Assembly (NCBI GenBank): GCA_022605425.2 | Contig: CM061255.1 | Location: 496,001 to 560,000, forward strand | From: Hamiltosporidium tvaerminnensis FI-OER-3-3 | Taxonomy: Eukaryota > Fungi > Microsporidia | Reading direction: 5' to 3' | DNA: 64,000 nt | Shown here: positions 63,114 through 64,000 of the stretch, one piece after another | How positions within the stretch are numbered: the first letter of the stretch is position 1 | Layout: every line of letters starts with the position of its first letter | Position numbers and translations under genes: made by a program | The notes under the pieces: generated by a model | What the model saw: the letters and a program-made list of their open reading frames with translations, nothing else | The model's database searches: none | Told to the model about the DNA's origin: nothing

Positions 63114-64000
63114 ATGAATATTTCAATTTTATATAAAAAGAATATTCTTGGTGTATGCATTCAGGATATGAAAGATCTTTTTATTGTACAAGATATTTAC
63201 GATACACATGAATGTGATATTTTAAAAGACATTATTCATACATTTGACATTCAAAAATGTTTTTATTCGTTGGATTTAAGTTTAGAGTGATATGAGTGTC
63301 TAGAAGAATGCCAGATAGAATTTGAAATGATAGTAACAAAAACGTATGAGAATTTGTCAGTAAAAAAACATTTAGAACAATTTATTGAAAAAGACAAATA
63401 TAAATTATCCATTTCGTGTTTATCATCGTTACTCATATTTTTTAATTGCCCAGAAATAATTAAGGAAATTATTGCCGATAACAAAAAAGTAAGTTGCGAA
63501 AATCGTTTTTTTGTCGGTAAGAAGGTAAAAACAGTAGAAACAATTAAAGATGAACGCCAAAATAACTTTAGAATGTGTAAACTAATAACATCTATCGGTG
63601 TTTATAATATTCATTTGCTTGATTTGCGTGAAACACTATTTCTTTCGCAATCTACAATGAAATCACTCTATTTATTGAAGGAAAAAAGACATCCGAATAT
63701 TAATATCTCAACTAAAAAAGATTTTTCTGTTATTGAAAAAATAGATTTCACTCAAACCACCATGGGGAAATCTCTTTTAAAGTTGTGGGTAAATTTTCCC
63801 CTTTTAAACATTAAAAAAATTAATGAAAGGCGAGAAATTATAGATTATATCATAAATAATAGTTTACAGACAAAAACAACCCAATTTTTAAAGATGTGTG
63901 TGTGTTTAGAAAAAAACAATAATAATTTCTATCAAAAAAACAAAAAAAGCTATTTTTTCAAACTAAGAAAATTTTTAATGGCATCTTATGAAATTACAAA
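63114..64000 (+). pseudogene. MSH5: MutS homolog, MSH5-like, with in-frame TGA at codon 59; runs off the window
   Basis: The frame stays open after TGA 63288-63290 to the window end. SLYLLKEKRHPN..KDFSVIEKIDFTQTTMGKSLLKLWVNFPL..INERREIIDY resembles the MSH5 core (LQIF..E.HPS..KEGLSLF..G..LLR.W..P). The N-terminal ILGVC..QDI.D resembles the MSH5 N-terminus. Confidence 0.65.

Noticed and set aside
1-64000. CRISPR arrays, tRNA, rRNA or prokaryotic RT systems (retron, DGR, group II intron)
   Set aside because: None seen. The RT has non-LTR RLE architecture with TSDs in a eukaryotic gene context.

Overview
AT-rich, gene-sparse, repeat-rich eukaryotic DNA. The compact intronless core genes with CCC-like motifs just upstream of the ATG suggest a large-genome microsporidian, possibly Hamiltosporidium-like (inference). 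Host genes: CIA1, RIO2, RPS3, GPI8, UTP11, an MSH5-like gene with an in-frame stop, two lineage-specific secreted proteins (one frameshifted, one with Pro-rich PPxY repeats), a candidate 44-aa small gene and an intact U2 snRNA. Mobile DNA dominates. There is one intact R4/Dong-type RT+RLE non-LTR retrotransposon and six truncated or decayed relatives, a non-coding ~730-nt retroposed repeat (six copies plus a fragment, the young ones with 12-14 bp TSDs), two RTE-like bipartite SINEs, a Ginger2/KRBA2-like integrase relic and a probable Ty3/gypsy relic. The most striking arrangement is that the only intact LINE has a 9-nt leader and is inserted, co-oriented and with a 14-bp TSD, about 23 nt downstream of the U2 snRNA gene.
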